A stretch of DNA of 64,000 bases from NCBI GenBank assembly GCA_030248215.1, contig JASANG010004046.1, positions 1 through 64,000 on the forward strand. Reading direction: 5' to 3'. Below, piece after piece: positions 1-10,782 of the stretch. Made by a program: the position numbers and the translations under genes. The notes below the pieces were generated by a model, which saw only the letters and a list, made by a program, of their open reading frames with translations, was not told where the DNA came from and did not search any database. Source of the stretch: Enoplolaimus lenunculus (lineage: Eukaryota). Position 1 is the stretch's first letter, and every line of letters begins with the position of its first letter.

Positions 1-328
1 TACCAACAGTACACTGTACAAACTTTCGTTGATACCTGTGCAGCATTAAAAGCCGTAGTGGATGGCAGTTTTTCAGGTAGGTTGAATCTCAAGTTGAAAT
101 CAGAAGGAATCCTGATCGCCAAGCCAAGCCAGAACTCCACTGTGACATGCGGATGCATGGAGGCAAATAATAACCTCATGCTGATGCTGTACATCGGTAA
201 AAACACTGCTGCATATGTAGTGCCTTCATATGCAGCAGCAGTAAAACATTGAAGAACCAAGATACATGTGTATAATGTTGAGGTTCTTATAAGGCACAAA
301 AACAGAAAAACTCAGCAGTTGATTGTGA

Positions 329-411
329 GGCGGCGTGGCTCAGTGGATAGCGCGCTGGACTGAAAATCTGTCGATCCGAGTTCGAAACCAATTGGGAGCG
401 TCCCTCATTTT
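329..411 (+). promoter_or_regulatory. tRNA-derived Pol III internal promoter (A box/B box) in LTR1
   Basis: A box TGGCTCAGTGG 336-346, B box GTTCGAAAC 380-388, anticodon-arm-like GGACTGAAAATCT, then TTTT 408-411. The D-arm resembles tRNA-Arg, but the acceptor and T stems do not pair well, so it is not a functional tRNA. Confidence 0.8.
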
Positions 412-757
412 CAGCTGCTGAGAACTAAAAACTGAAAAACTGTCGTACCCTAGCCTACCCAACTTATCACATGGTGACCACGATGGGACCGCAATGGCAA
501 ACTGCCGCGGTAGAACCCAAAATACATAAGTTGGCGGTCAAGGGGCGACCTTGTAGAAAAACCGGGGGATGTGACATGCGGATGCATGGAGGCAAATAAT
601 AACCTCATGCTTATGCTGTACTTCGGTAAAAACACTGCTGCATATGTAGTGCCTTCATATACACCAGCAGTAAAACATTGAAGAACCAAGATACATGTGT
701 ATAATGTTGAGGTTCTTATAAGGCACAAAAACAGAAAAACTCAGCAGTTGATTGTGA

Positions 758-840
758 GGCGGCGTGGCTCAGTGGATAGCGCGCTGGACTGAAAATCTGT
801 CGATCCGAGTTCGAAACCAATTGGGAGCGTCCCTCATTTT
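758..840 (+). promoter_or_regulatory. tRNA-derived Pol III internal promoter in LTR2
   Basis: Copy of 329-411, identical by eye, ending in TTTT 837-840. Confidence 0.8.
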
Positions 841-1032
841 CAGCTGCTGAGAACTCAGAACTAAAAACCGTCGTACCCTAGCCTACCCAACTTATGACAT
901 CCACTATTTAGTTCCGTTTTTAATAAAAGATATTAGGTGTTTGAAAACTGTTACACTGTATTAGAAAAGCTAACAAAAATTGTTTGTGTATTTGCTGGGT
1001 AACAATAACACAAATGGCCAGCTAGTATTATC

Positions 1033-1578
1033 TGTAATAAGTCAGTTAGGCCAGATTTCACGACTGTTTTCAGTGCTTACGGTGCAGCTGAAAATGGTGG
1101 GCGTTCTCACGAAGTAGTTAATCCCGGGACCGACAGATTCTGGGTGAAGCGCGCTACTGCTGAGCCACGTGGCCTCACAATAAGCTGATGTATTTCTGTA
1201 TAGATATGTGCTCTTCGTGTCGGTATCTTACCACGCATTTTTAAGAGTTAAAGTTGGTTCCTCTATTCAAGCATGTGAGACATGTAGTCCGTTATGTACA
1301 CATGCAATATAGTGCAGTGCACTGCATGTATGCTAGGTGGCAGCATACGGTCGACACATATAGGCAACGAAACGTAGTTGGAGAAGCAGACTGCGTATTG
1401 CTGTGGTAGAGTGTTCGCTTAAGGATCCGTATGCTGAGAGTTCGATCCCCGCTCTGGAGGCCCGCTTATTATGACATCTGCGTATGTGCATTTTGTGGCT
1501 TCACATATGTATTAGCATTTCAGCGATGTGCAGCTATTAAGCTGAGCTGGTGTGGTCTACATGCGTCAGCCTGTCACA
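1033..1578 (-). mobile_element. Diverged solo LTR of the tRNA-LTR TRIM family (interrupted)
   Basis: The reverse complement starts TGTGACAGGCTGACGCATG (compare TGTGACATGCGGATGCATG), contains ATTGTGAGGCCACGTGGCTCAGCAGTAGCGCGC...AATCTGTCG...CATTTTCAGCTGC and ends GCCTAACTGACTTATTACA (compare GCCTACCCAACTTATCACA). The TSD is not clean. Confidence 0.75.
1274..1476 (+). mobile_element. Putative nested solo LTR or SINE-like insert with a different tRNA-like cassette
   Basis: TGTGA...TTATGACA ends; tRNA-like GCGTATTGCTGTGGTAGAGTG...GAGTTCGATCCCC at about 1393-1450. Its size accounts for the extra ~200 bp in the 1033-1578 solo LTR. No TSD seen. Confidence 0.45.
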
Positions 1579-1627
1579 TTCTTTGCAATGTGGCTGTTTT
1601 TGTGTTTTTCAAATTTGCGGATGCCTG

Positions 1628-2010
1628 CGTTAATATACGTGGTGTAGCGTGTGTATGTGCATAGTGTATGTAATGTAAGGGATATATATACACGTGCACA
1701 TATAGTACTAGAAAAAATATGATATCGGCCGCGTGTGTTTCGGAAAAATTAAGGAAAAACGAAGTATATTCGCAGTACTTTGAGGAAAGGGTCGTTCCGA
1801 CCGTGTGCAGTTCTGACATGGAGGTCCCATCGAGATTGGCGCTGTAAATTGCAGGCCCATAAATGTGGAGAAGTTTGGATTCGGGGTCCGGTACCACGGC
1901 CTGATGAGGGGGAATGTTGGTATACGTGGTGTAGTACGTGTATGTGCATAGTGTATGTAATGTAAGACACATACATACACGTGCATATTTAGTACTATAG
2001 AAAAATATTA
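1628..2010 (+). mobile_element. Second, degenerate TRIM primed by tRNA-Gln
   Basis: LTR1 ~1628-1818 ends ..TGACA. PBS TGGAGGTCCCATCGAGAT (1819-1836) has one mismatch to the tRNA-Gln PBS TGGAGGTCCCACCGAGAT. PPT GAGGGGGAA is at 1906-1914. LTR2 starts TGTTGG at 1915 and repeats ATACGTGGTGTAG..TGTATGTGCATAGTGTATGTAATGTAAG, then is truncated at about 2010. Confidence 0.75.
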
Positions 2011-2266
2011 ATGGGTAGTGCGCTTGACTAGTTCTCGAAAGGTCCGATGTTCGATTAAAAACTGAAAATTGCTGTAGGCGCTGCGGTGGTAACCCAACTG
2101 GAATCTGAAATTTAGAATATTTGGAATATAAAATCGTATTAAAAACAACTATATAAATTGAGCATAACATAAGTCCATCTCTGTACAGATTGTAAAACAT
2201 ATTGAGGTCCCTACGATATATAAACAATGTGCTTACCATTGGGTCTTTTCAGTATCTTACGGTGAC

Positions 2267-3958
2267 ATGATCAATAACAGAAATATCACAACTGACAATG
2301 TTTTGGCTGAAAGTGTAACACCAGATGGCAAAATTATCCCGTCGCACAATGGATCGATAGTCGAAGCGCCACCGGGACTATTGTCTTCCAAGCGATCGCA
2401 GTTTCAAATTACTGCGATTTCAGGGACGTCAGACGCAGAAGCCAATGTAGCAAAGTTCAGTTCATTAGCTAAGTCTAGCGGCCAGCATGTTGACACGGAA
2501 AATACCAGACGCCGTCGACGCACGCCTTCACGCAGTTCTGGCGGCGAAGAACAGTTGTATTGCAGCGACTATTTGCCATCGAAAAGCGTCGCGACACCAT
2601 CCACTTCTTCTGCTGAATCAGCATCTGCCGTTATAACTGCAGAAACGAACGGAAGTCTTTCAAGCTGCGATACGGTTTCCGCAACTGCAACCGAAACGAC
2701 AACGCCGAACAATGCTGGCTCAGGTGATGATGACGTGGATTCAGTGACGTCACCAACTGAATTTTGCTCTGCAGACCGTAACGCAGTGTTTATTTCGGAC
2801 AATAGTTCTTCCAGTGAGCGGTGTAGACCGATTGAAGGATGGTCGGTTTCTAGTAATCGAGAGATGTCTAAAAATGCGCGAATGCTTAAAGACGTTGTAT
2901 CCACGTGTAGCTCTGGTGGTTCGGGTGTGGTCACTGGCAGAAGTGATTCATACAATGTTAACGCACAAGTTTTGCAGCATACTGGTAGGTGTAAAGCAGC
3001 GAGTTCAACTGAAGGAAGATCAAGCAATAGTAACCCAGTGGTCGTTGCTGCTGCCTGTCGTACGGGTAATATTGTTAATATAGCACAGGAGCGTGGACCG
3101 CGAAACGTACCACCGAATTCTCAAGCGTTTAGCATTCTTGCGACACCACTTCCGGCAAATGGTGTTCATATTGCCCATAATGCAACCGCTGTACCCGCCG
3201 CTGCGGCGCTGTTATCTGGTGTTGCAGCGGCCGCTGCGGCGACAGCTGCATCAGATATTGCTGATCAAATCAGTCATGCGTCCAATTGTGCGAATGGCTC
3301 TCTTCCACGATTTCGGGTTGTCACTGTCGAGCGAGAACCGTTTCGCAGGGGCAGATGGACGTGTATGGATCATGCGGATCCGTCACCGCTTGGAACTGCA
3401 GCTGCAGTTCTTGCCGCTGCCGCAACTTCTGATAACTCGCCCCGTGTAAGTCCAATCGCGACAACTGTTTTGATGCCTTGTTCAACGGGAAGCCGAGATA
3501 TCAACTCCGCCGTTCCTACACCACAGTCTTTCAATGATATTATTCCTGTTTCGATATCGGCTCCGTCTAGTCGGTCTGGTGAGATCGGAGGATCTGAACA
3601 TAGTCTTCTGACCAGCTTAGCTGATAGCGTTGTTCTTGAGCACATTTCATGTCAACAGCCTAAGCAGCAAGCTCCAATGGTCGCAATTGCTGTACATTCG
3701 CATCCATCGCAAAATGATATTCCAACGTCGTGTGGTAGCTCAAATATTACAAACAGTAGTGCAACAGGCATAAACAGCTCTTCACTTGCGCAACATTCAA
3801 TCATTCCCTCAACTAATGTGTTAGTTATGGACAGGGCGACTGGGTCAACGCTTGTGTCTATTGCTACTCGGGACGGTCAAAATAGTTCGGCCTTTGCGTT
3901 GCCTGCCGGCATAGTTGTTTCTGATAGTCAATCTAATGTCATTGGTGTGCCTCAAAAG
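2267..3958 (+). CDS. TSC22D: TSC22-domain family (bunched/TSC22D-like) long isoform, coding exon 1
   Basis: Motif 1 KRSQFQITAIS (2390-) and motif 2 RFRVVTVEREPFRRGRWTCMD (3308-3370) are typical of long TSC22D/BunA isoforms. TTTTCAG acceptor at 2246-2252 upstream of the ATG; donor AAG|GTAATT, phase 0. Confidence 0.92.
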
Positions 3959-4959
3959 GTAATTAATATTAATTGTTTCATCTGATAGTTGACATTTTTC
4001 TCAATGTACAATATTTGTTATTCAGGACAATATAAAAGAGCTATACTTGTAGTGAATGAAAACAAGTATTCAGAAAGTGGTATTGCAGCAAAATTTACTG
4101 TGATTTTTACATCCTGAAATTACATTAAATTTGGTTTGTCTGATATGTGTATTGTACGGTGTGAGTGTTTGCAGTTTGGGCGACATAGTCGCCATGTATT
4201 TGGTCAATTAAGTATTTCGCTACACGACATATATACATAAGGTGTAACCCGAAATTTGGTTTTGCTTTTAAATCCAGCATTTTTGCCGGAATAACTGGAT
4301 AGTGTTCGGCTTTGGTAAGTTGAGTTTACTTAAATTTTTTGAGTGATGCGGTTTTATAATTACGTATAATTAGCGAAGTGATTGCTAACAGAGTAATGAA
4401 TTCATTGATTAAAATTTGTGTGTATTTGTATTCACTACTGAAGACAAACCTTTGTTGCAAATATACGTCACCCATATATTGTTAATTTGTGAAAAACAGC
4501 ACTTATTAGATTACCAGTTGGCGATAGGTCTTGTATCTTCCGAACTTCAAAATGGTTAGGTTCGTAATTTGGCGCTTTTTTGATTTGATTTATGTATTAT
4601 ATACCGTCGTCTGAAATCAACATTCACAGCTATCGCAGTTCGCTTGATTTAAAACCCATCACTAAGTATCTTGACGTCCTGCGCAGTCCGTCACCATATA
4701 GCAACTACGTTTATTGCCGCATGGAAAAGCATATCACTTTTAAACAAAAATTTTTTGACGTGCGGTGTCGTCCGGCGCCGCACGACAAGTATATCGCCAA
4801 CCAAAGTGATTATACATAATACGTACTGCATGTATTTGAGAATACGATTTCTGATTATAAGAAATTAATACTTATGTATATTCCTGCGTGCGGTGCAGCA
4901 CTATAGCTTAATGATTGCGGAACATTTGGCTACACATAAATTTATATTATGTGTTGTAG

Positions 4960-5021
4960 GTGAATTCTTTGCTGACAAGTTCTGGATCTGCGGGCGATTT
5001 TCAATCTGCTTCATTGACGAA
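4960..5021 (+). CDS. TSC22D: TSC22D-like long isoform exon 2 (VNSLLTSSGSAGDFQSASLTK)
   Basis: TTGTAG| acceptor and AA|GTAAGT donor; phase 0 to 2 bridges exons 1 and 3 exactly. Confidence 0.8.
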
Positions 5022-5318
5022 GTAAGTGAAACATGTGTAATAGTCAGGGTAAAACCGAATACCCAGCTTCTCCAAAAATGACATCCGGCTCCGCCAATCA
5101 TTTATAATGGGCGCTGCACGCACCGCCAGCTGGTGCTCGGCCTCGAAAATTTTGAAGCAGTGTATGGTGAGCTTTGAAACTTAGCTCGTGGTGTTTTAGA
5201 TCCGTTGCTGTTGCTGTTCGACTGTTCGATAACCTATTACTTACTTTGCGTTGGTATTAATGCATGCAGTGGTGAATATAGCTCTTTGACAATACTTTTG
5301 GACGATTTTGCATTTCAG

Positions 5319-5521
5319 AGAATTAAATCGTATCAAAATATCTGATGACGTGAACTTGGTTGATCAGCATAGATTTGCAAGTGATAGAGGTGACGGCTCC
5401 GGGCCGTCAAATTCGGCAGTCGTGGCTTCTGCCGTTGGAGAAATTGATGTGGAGTCACAAGGGACACATTCCTGTGCTAGCTCTCATCACGACAGTATAA
5501 AACACAACGAGCCACTCTTAA
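5319..5521 (+). CDS. TSC22D: TSC22D-like long isoform exon 3
   Basis: TTTCAG| acceptor, A|GTAAGT donor, open frame ELNRIKISDD...NEPLL, phase 2 to 1. Confidence 0.82.
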
Positions 5522-6783
5522 GTAAGTGAACGTAGAGTAACTTAGGGTCCGACTGGATATTAATTTACTGAATACCGGAGCTCGACATAAATTTTTAGCG
5601 CAACCGGACATATAAACCGGATATATCATGTGTGCGCTATTGGAAACAATCGAGCCGCGGAGAAGTGTAATACGTAATGTTTACTGAATTAAAATTAGGT
5701 CATTGTTTAATTTTATATGAAAATTATTCGGCTGTTTTTGTTTCGGTTTATTGTAGTGTTAAGAGCTCTATGAGTCAAATGTAGGATAAGTCGGAAGGAA
5801 AACTAATCTAACATTTTAATATGTACAGTAAGGCTTGCGCAAATACTTATGAAGCTGCACGCCGCAGCTGAAAAGCAAGTTGCTGCCAAGGTATAACTGG
5901 CATAAGGCTTGCGCAAATACTTATGAATGCTGCACGCCGCCGTCCATTACACGCGCTGTCGCGCTCCAATGGACGTATAGGTAACATGACCTGCGGTGAG
6001 TGTAGCGCAACCCTTACGCTGTTTGTTTCTTTATCCGGTTATATTTAAGCTCTACGTTATAACGGAATCGGAATCGGAACAGCAAATTTTGTGACTTGAA
6101 ATCAGTTATTGATATGCTAACTCATCGAAAGCAATTTAATAGATGTACTACAGAATTTTTATTTTTATGTAACGTATCACAACAAGTAAGACTGAAATTA
6201 AAATTTTAAAATTCAGATTCCGATTGATTGTGCAATCGGAATCGGAAGCGGAATCGAAACTCGTTATGAATCGGAATTCTAATTGGAATCAAAATTCTGG
6301 TTGCACCCTGCCTTCAAAGCTGGAACAAGAACAGGAACAATGAATCGAATTATTACGGGAATTCTGGCTGACACAGAAATTCCCGTGGAACCCTGCTAAA
6401 TATACAGTTTTACGCAGCTGAAATACTTCCTACAGCACAAAAATTTTAATGTTATTTCCAGTTGGCATTCGATATATTCTAATAATGTGACTTACTACTT
6501 GGGGTTTTTTACTGTTTTTTCACACCCTGGCTTAGTATGACGTGATCTTCAACTTTGGTCGTGCACGGCTAAACACGAAAAGTGGCGATGTAACCGGCTG
6601 TTATGTTGGGCTCAATGAATGAATGATTTTTTAATTGTACCTTTTATTTAGGTATTACGGCATTATTTTCTCTACTAGTTATTACACTTTGGATTTATTG
6701 TAAACTTTTCTGCTATGTTTAAGTTTAGCGTGTATTGGTGTGGAAGTGTACAAGAGTCCAGTTAGTTTGGTTTGTATTTTTAG

Positions 6784-7015
6784 TGCCTCTATCTTCAATT
6801 TCACGCCATCAGTCCAATGCCGTCGGTAGTGGCTTTCGTGATTTGTTCGAATATATTGCAGCGTCCAGGGCAGGAGCAAGCGCCGCCGCTGCTAGTGGTG
6901 GTAGCACAGGTGCCGCCGGCTCTGTACAACAGCCAAACGCTACTGCCGTGTCAAATTTAGAAATCATTGAAGATTTGCATGACCTTCTGCCGGCGAATTC
7001 AAACGATCGTAATCT
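6784..7015 (+). CDS. TSC22D: TSC22D-like long isoform exon 4
   Basis: TTTTTAG| acceptor, CT|GTAAGT donor, phase 1 to 2, compatible with the TSC-box exon at 30324. Confidence 0.82.
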
Positions 7016-7622
7016 GTAAGTATTTTTATTTGCATATGTGAGAATCATATCTTTCGATATAACTAGCTAGATGTTTTTGGTTTTGATCACCCTGATGGTC
7101 ATGGTAGGGGTCATGGCTTTTTAATCACAGAGTGACATTTCGATACATCCGCCTGGATTGGGAAGATGTTTGCCATGTATAATATGTACAAACGTGCTAA
7201 ACTTGAACAATTTACGGATTGCCATCTAATATATCATTATGCTTGTGGACGATTATAGTACGAACATGTACATACAACTCCTACTTTAGTTGTGTTGAGA
7301 ATACGATTGAAATTGAACCGTGCCATGCCTCATGTTTGTAATTCAAAGTGCAGCGAAGTGCTGCACTTTGTGTTTATACACCTTTGGTGTAAATAACGAA
7401 AGAACGGTGTTGTTATATGCGTATGAACTATAGTTGTCGATTTAACCACAGTTGTCTGTGATAGATTTTTGCAGGGTTTGATGCGCTTTGCTAAAATGAA
7501 CGCCATGAGTTGAGATTATAGCAAATGTTCGTATGTAGCCATGGTGCAGAAGCAGAGTGAAGTTTAATTTCAATAGTGAAATAGGCCATATGCAGTTTGT
7601 TACAAAAAGTACACGTACGCAG

Positions 7623-7952
7623 TAGAGATATCCCAGGATTTGACCGGGGCCGGGCCAGCAAAATACACTAACCTTTAAATATTATGTAGCTTTTGCGTAA
7701 GCATGTACCTGAAAGTACGGTGCCGTTTTTATTATGTCGCGTCACGCGACATTTTGTTGATACTCCCATGTTGTGAAGTTAGTGTTATCATGAGCCGATA
7801 ATAACTTTTATTACAAGAGTGTGCAACTGGGCATATTCTGTGTACAGAAGAATGCACTTAGCGCACGTTGCGTATTTGGCCTACATCCCCCTATTTAGGG
7901 GGACCGTTCATGATACCATATGGCGCCGGGGCTCAGCCCCGGAACATCTCTA
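7623..7952. mobile_element. hAT-type MITE (TAGAGAT termini)
   Basis: TAGAGATATCCC...GGAACATCTCTA ends; 8-bp TSD GTACGCAG/GTACGTAG. Confidence 0.65.
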
Positions 7953-9502
7953 GTACGTAGTATTTTGGCATTGTATTTTTTAGTTAGAGTGCTACGTAGA
8001 CAGGAGTGTGAGTGTCGACGAAAACAGCGAGGATCCCAAACCCAAGTGGTAGATATTTGTTCTCGGAAAAACTTTATCGGAGCGCTAGTTTCGTATGCAC
8101 ATGCGGTTACCAGCGTTATGCTTTGCTTGTTCCCTAGTACCCCACAAAATTTATAAAGTAGGGGTTAAATCCATCAATTTGTTTGATATTCCGAAAATCC
8201 AGTTATTCTTTGCTCTTGAAATAACAGCTGTCCAACTTCCGAAAAAGAAATAGGATTGGACAAGATAATGTGGCAAAGTTGCAACCTTTGGCAACCAGAT
8301 GAAATTGGATGCTATTCGCTAAATCTTGAACAATTTTTGAAATTAAAAGCTGAAAGAATAAAAACCATAAGAGTACTGATTTTTAAACCCCGGTTGCGCT
8401 TCTGATGCATATTGATTTTGTCGTTCTGAATTCATAGCCTATTTTGATTTTACCAGACTTGTGTCTGTACCAAGTATGGCAACTAAAAATAGTGTTTATT
8501 AAAGGTAAAACGCCCCGCATTTGTATTACGTATTTTGTGCATCGTTTCATCAAGAACAATTAAATTTTTTTGTAACGTAATTTTTATAGTTAACAAATTA
8601 GTTAGTTTTTTGTAAACTTTTTAATTTCGGCCGTTCATTTAGGAATTACAAGCTGCGAACCGGTTGATCTGCTTTGCATGCTATGAGATATTGCCGTTGT
8701 TAACCTTTCAACCACTTTAGCTAGTAGTAGTAGTAATTAAATCGAATCCAGGAAACGTTGTTTCTACCATTTTCGTTGCACCCCGGTTCCAAACTTTTTT
8801 GTTGGGTTCATAGAAGGCAAAGCACAGAAAGTCCAGAATTGACGTACATCTGCTCAGTGAAAATAATTACACTATACGGAATGTTTGAGTATATAATTTA
8901 ATTTAAATTTTAAATTTTGGCTGATGGGTCTTCTTGAGCGTACCACTGGCTGGTTGTAAGGCGATAACTTTTACGTTGTTTTTTGTTTGCTCTCCTGCAG
9001 AAATAAAAATATATATAGGCTTTTGAATGCAACGCCATGTTTTGTTCTTGGTGCAACCGGAAGTCCGGTTTCGGTATAGAGACCGTGGCTGGGTACTCGT
9101 TTAGTTCTCCTACAAAAAAAGCTCCGTTCACGCACAGTGACGGGATTAATAAAATCGACTGCGGCTTAGGGTTATGTTTAGCTTAAACCGAAACATATGC
9201 ATAGGAAAGTAATAAACAGCAATGTGGGGGGAACTTTTGATTTCTATCAAGTTAACACTAATGAACGGGAAAGCTAACAAGTACCGTAGCGAAATCTGAT
9301 ATTTTTTCAGTTTTTAAATTTACCACTGAAATCAGGACGTTACGTACTTTACGTAGCCAGGTGTAATTGTTTGAGTTTTTGACAGTTGGTTTTTGAGCAA
9401 ACTTGAAATGGGTTAGTGCGCTGCAGTATATGCATAGAGAGATCACCTTAGATAACTGCTTGCTATATTCACTTATAAAAATTATGAATCGGTAACATAT
9501 GC

Positions 9503-9845
9503 TACCAGTCGTAGTAAGACTACATTTATTGGGCGAAGCTCGAACACACGTAAGAAATTAAGGTAATATGCAAATTAGTTATTAGCTAACTACTCAATTA
9601 TCGGCTTTAGACGTGTGTAAACAATTTATTCAGATTCCTCGCACCAAAGAACCTTAAGTAAACCCTAATAATTGTTGAAATAATTTAAAAAGTCCTAAAT
9701 TTGTCTTGTCAATTAAGCTAATATGCAAATTAGTTATTAGCTAACTATTCATTTATCGGTTTTGGAGGTTTGTAAGCAATTTCCTCAGATTCTACGCACC
9801 CAAAAACCCTTCAGCCACCCTAATAATTATTGGAATAATTTGAAA
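9503..9845 (-). mobile_element. Partial Helentron/DINE-like element
   Basis: Same AGTCGTAGTAAGACT stem-loop end, GCGAAGCTCG subterminal motif and ~155-bp internal tandem unit as 21557-22352. Confidence 0.65.
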
Positions 9846-10782
9846 CGTCATATGTATATGTATATATTAGGGTGTAACCGGATTTCGAGTTCCGGTTTAA
9901 TATTCGACACAAACCTATATCCGGTTCCGGCATAAACCGGCCGGATACCGGATATATACGCCTGTGTTTTCGAACCCCATGAAAGTGCGTTCTTTTGACA
10001 TGTAGATATATTTAACATCTTGCTGCGATTACCTTTTTGAGCAAATAAAGCTGTTACATTTTGCATTAACCGAAAGAGAACGATAAATCCAAGCTACCAA
10101 ATATTGTTAAATCAGTAAACATATATTTTTGCGCCACTCAATTACTTTCTGCAACACTCATATTTACATGCTATATCTAGTTAATATCCGGTTCGGATAA
10201 AAAAACTCAACATCCGGTATCCGGTAAATTAACATCCGTTCGTACCCTGACATGTATTACACACATTGAGTTTGGATAGTTTTATCTGACGTTTAGACGT
10301 GTCTGAAGTAACCAATTGTGGCCTCATTCTGCTCCAATTAGCAACTACAACGTATAGTGTAGATCGGCGCGAATTGGCGTATACTACTAATTTGAGCAAA
10401 TTTACTTCAGTCAAGTCTAGACTTTTATTATAGCCTGAGCGTAGACTATTCCACAATATTGAAATCCTGGATTTGACTTCCTGAATTTGCGAAACCTAGA
10501 TCTGCTCATACGGGCTCCGCGCTATAGACTGGTGAACATAAGTTAGCGTTTAGCAACATATAATTTGCGGACCTATAACTAGACACTGACCAGGTGGCTT
10601 AGCTTACCGCAGAAAAGTTTGCTCACAAGACAACTCTGTGTTTCGCTGGTGAATCCTGCGTGCCAGATCTTTTGCACCCTCACCTTCTTAGTTAGTGGCG
10701 TGGCTATGAGTTGGGTAATTTTGTTGTCAACACATCGTTATAGATTTTGATTTTGTAAGTTTGTGAATAAGTATGGAGGTAT

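Larger units (their letters stand above)
141..899 (+). mobile_element. Complete TRIM (miniature non-autonomous LTR retrotransposon) with tRNA-derived Pol III cassette in each LTR
   Basis: LTR1 141-471 (TGTGA...TCACA) and LTR2 570-899 (TGTGA...TGACA) are about 97% identical by eye. PBS TGGTGACCACGATGGGAC lies directly after LTR1 (472-489) and purine-rich PPT AGAAAAACCGGGGGA directly before LTR2 (555-569). The internal region is 98 bp. The 5-bp TSD TCCAC is at 136-140 and 900-904. Confidence 0.93.

Noticed and set aside
329..406. Functional tRNA-Phe(GAA) genes at 329 and 758
   Set aside because: The acceptor and T stems do not pair properly, and both copies lie inside LTRs; treated as tRNA-derived promoters.
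1895..1930. Hammerhead ribozyme core CTGATGAG
   Set aside because: No stem II or GAAA follows; the purines are better explained as the PPT.
1574..2239. 221-aa minus-strand ORF with a YWTD-propeller-like stretch (PDPESKLL..IYSANLDGT)
   Set aside because: It overlaps the PBS, PPT and LTRs of the second TRIM on the opposite strand, has no YWTD core, and the rest is repeat-derived; likely chance.
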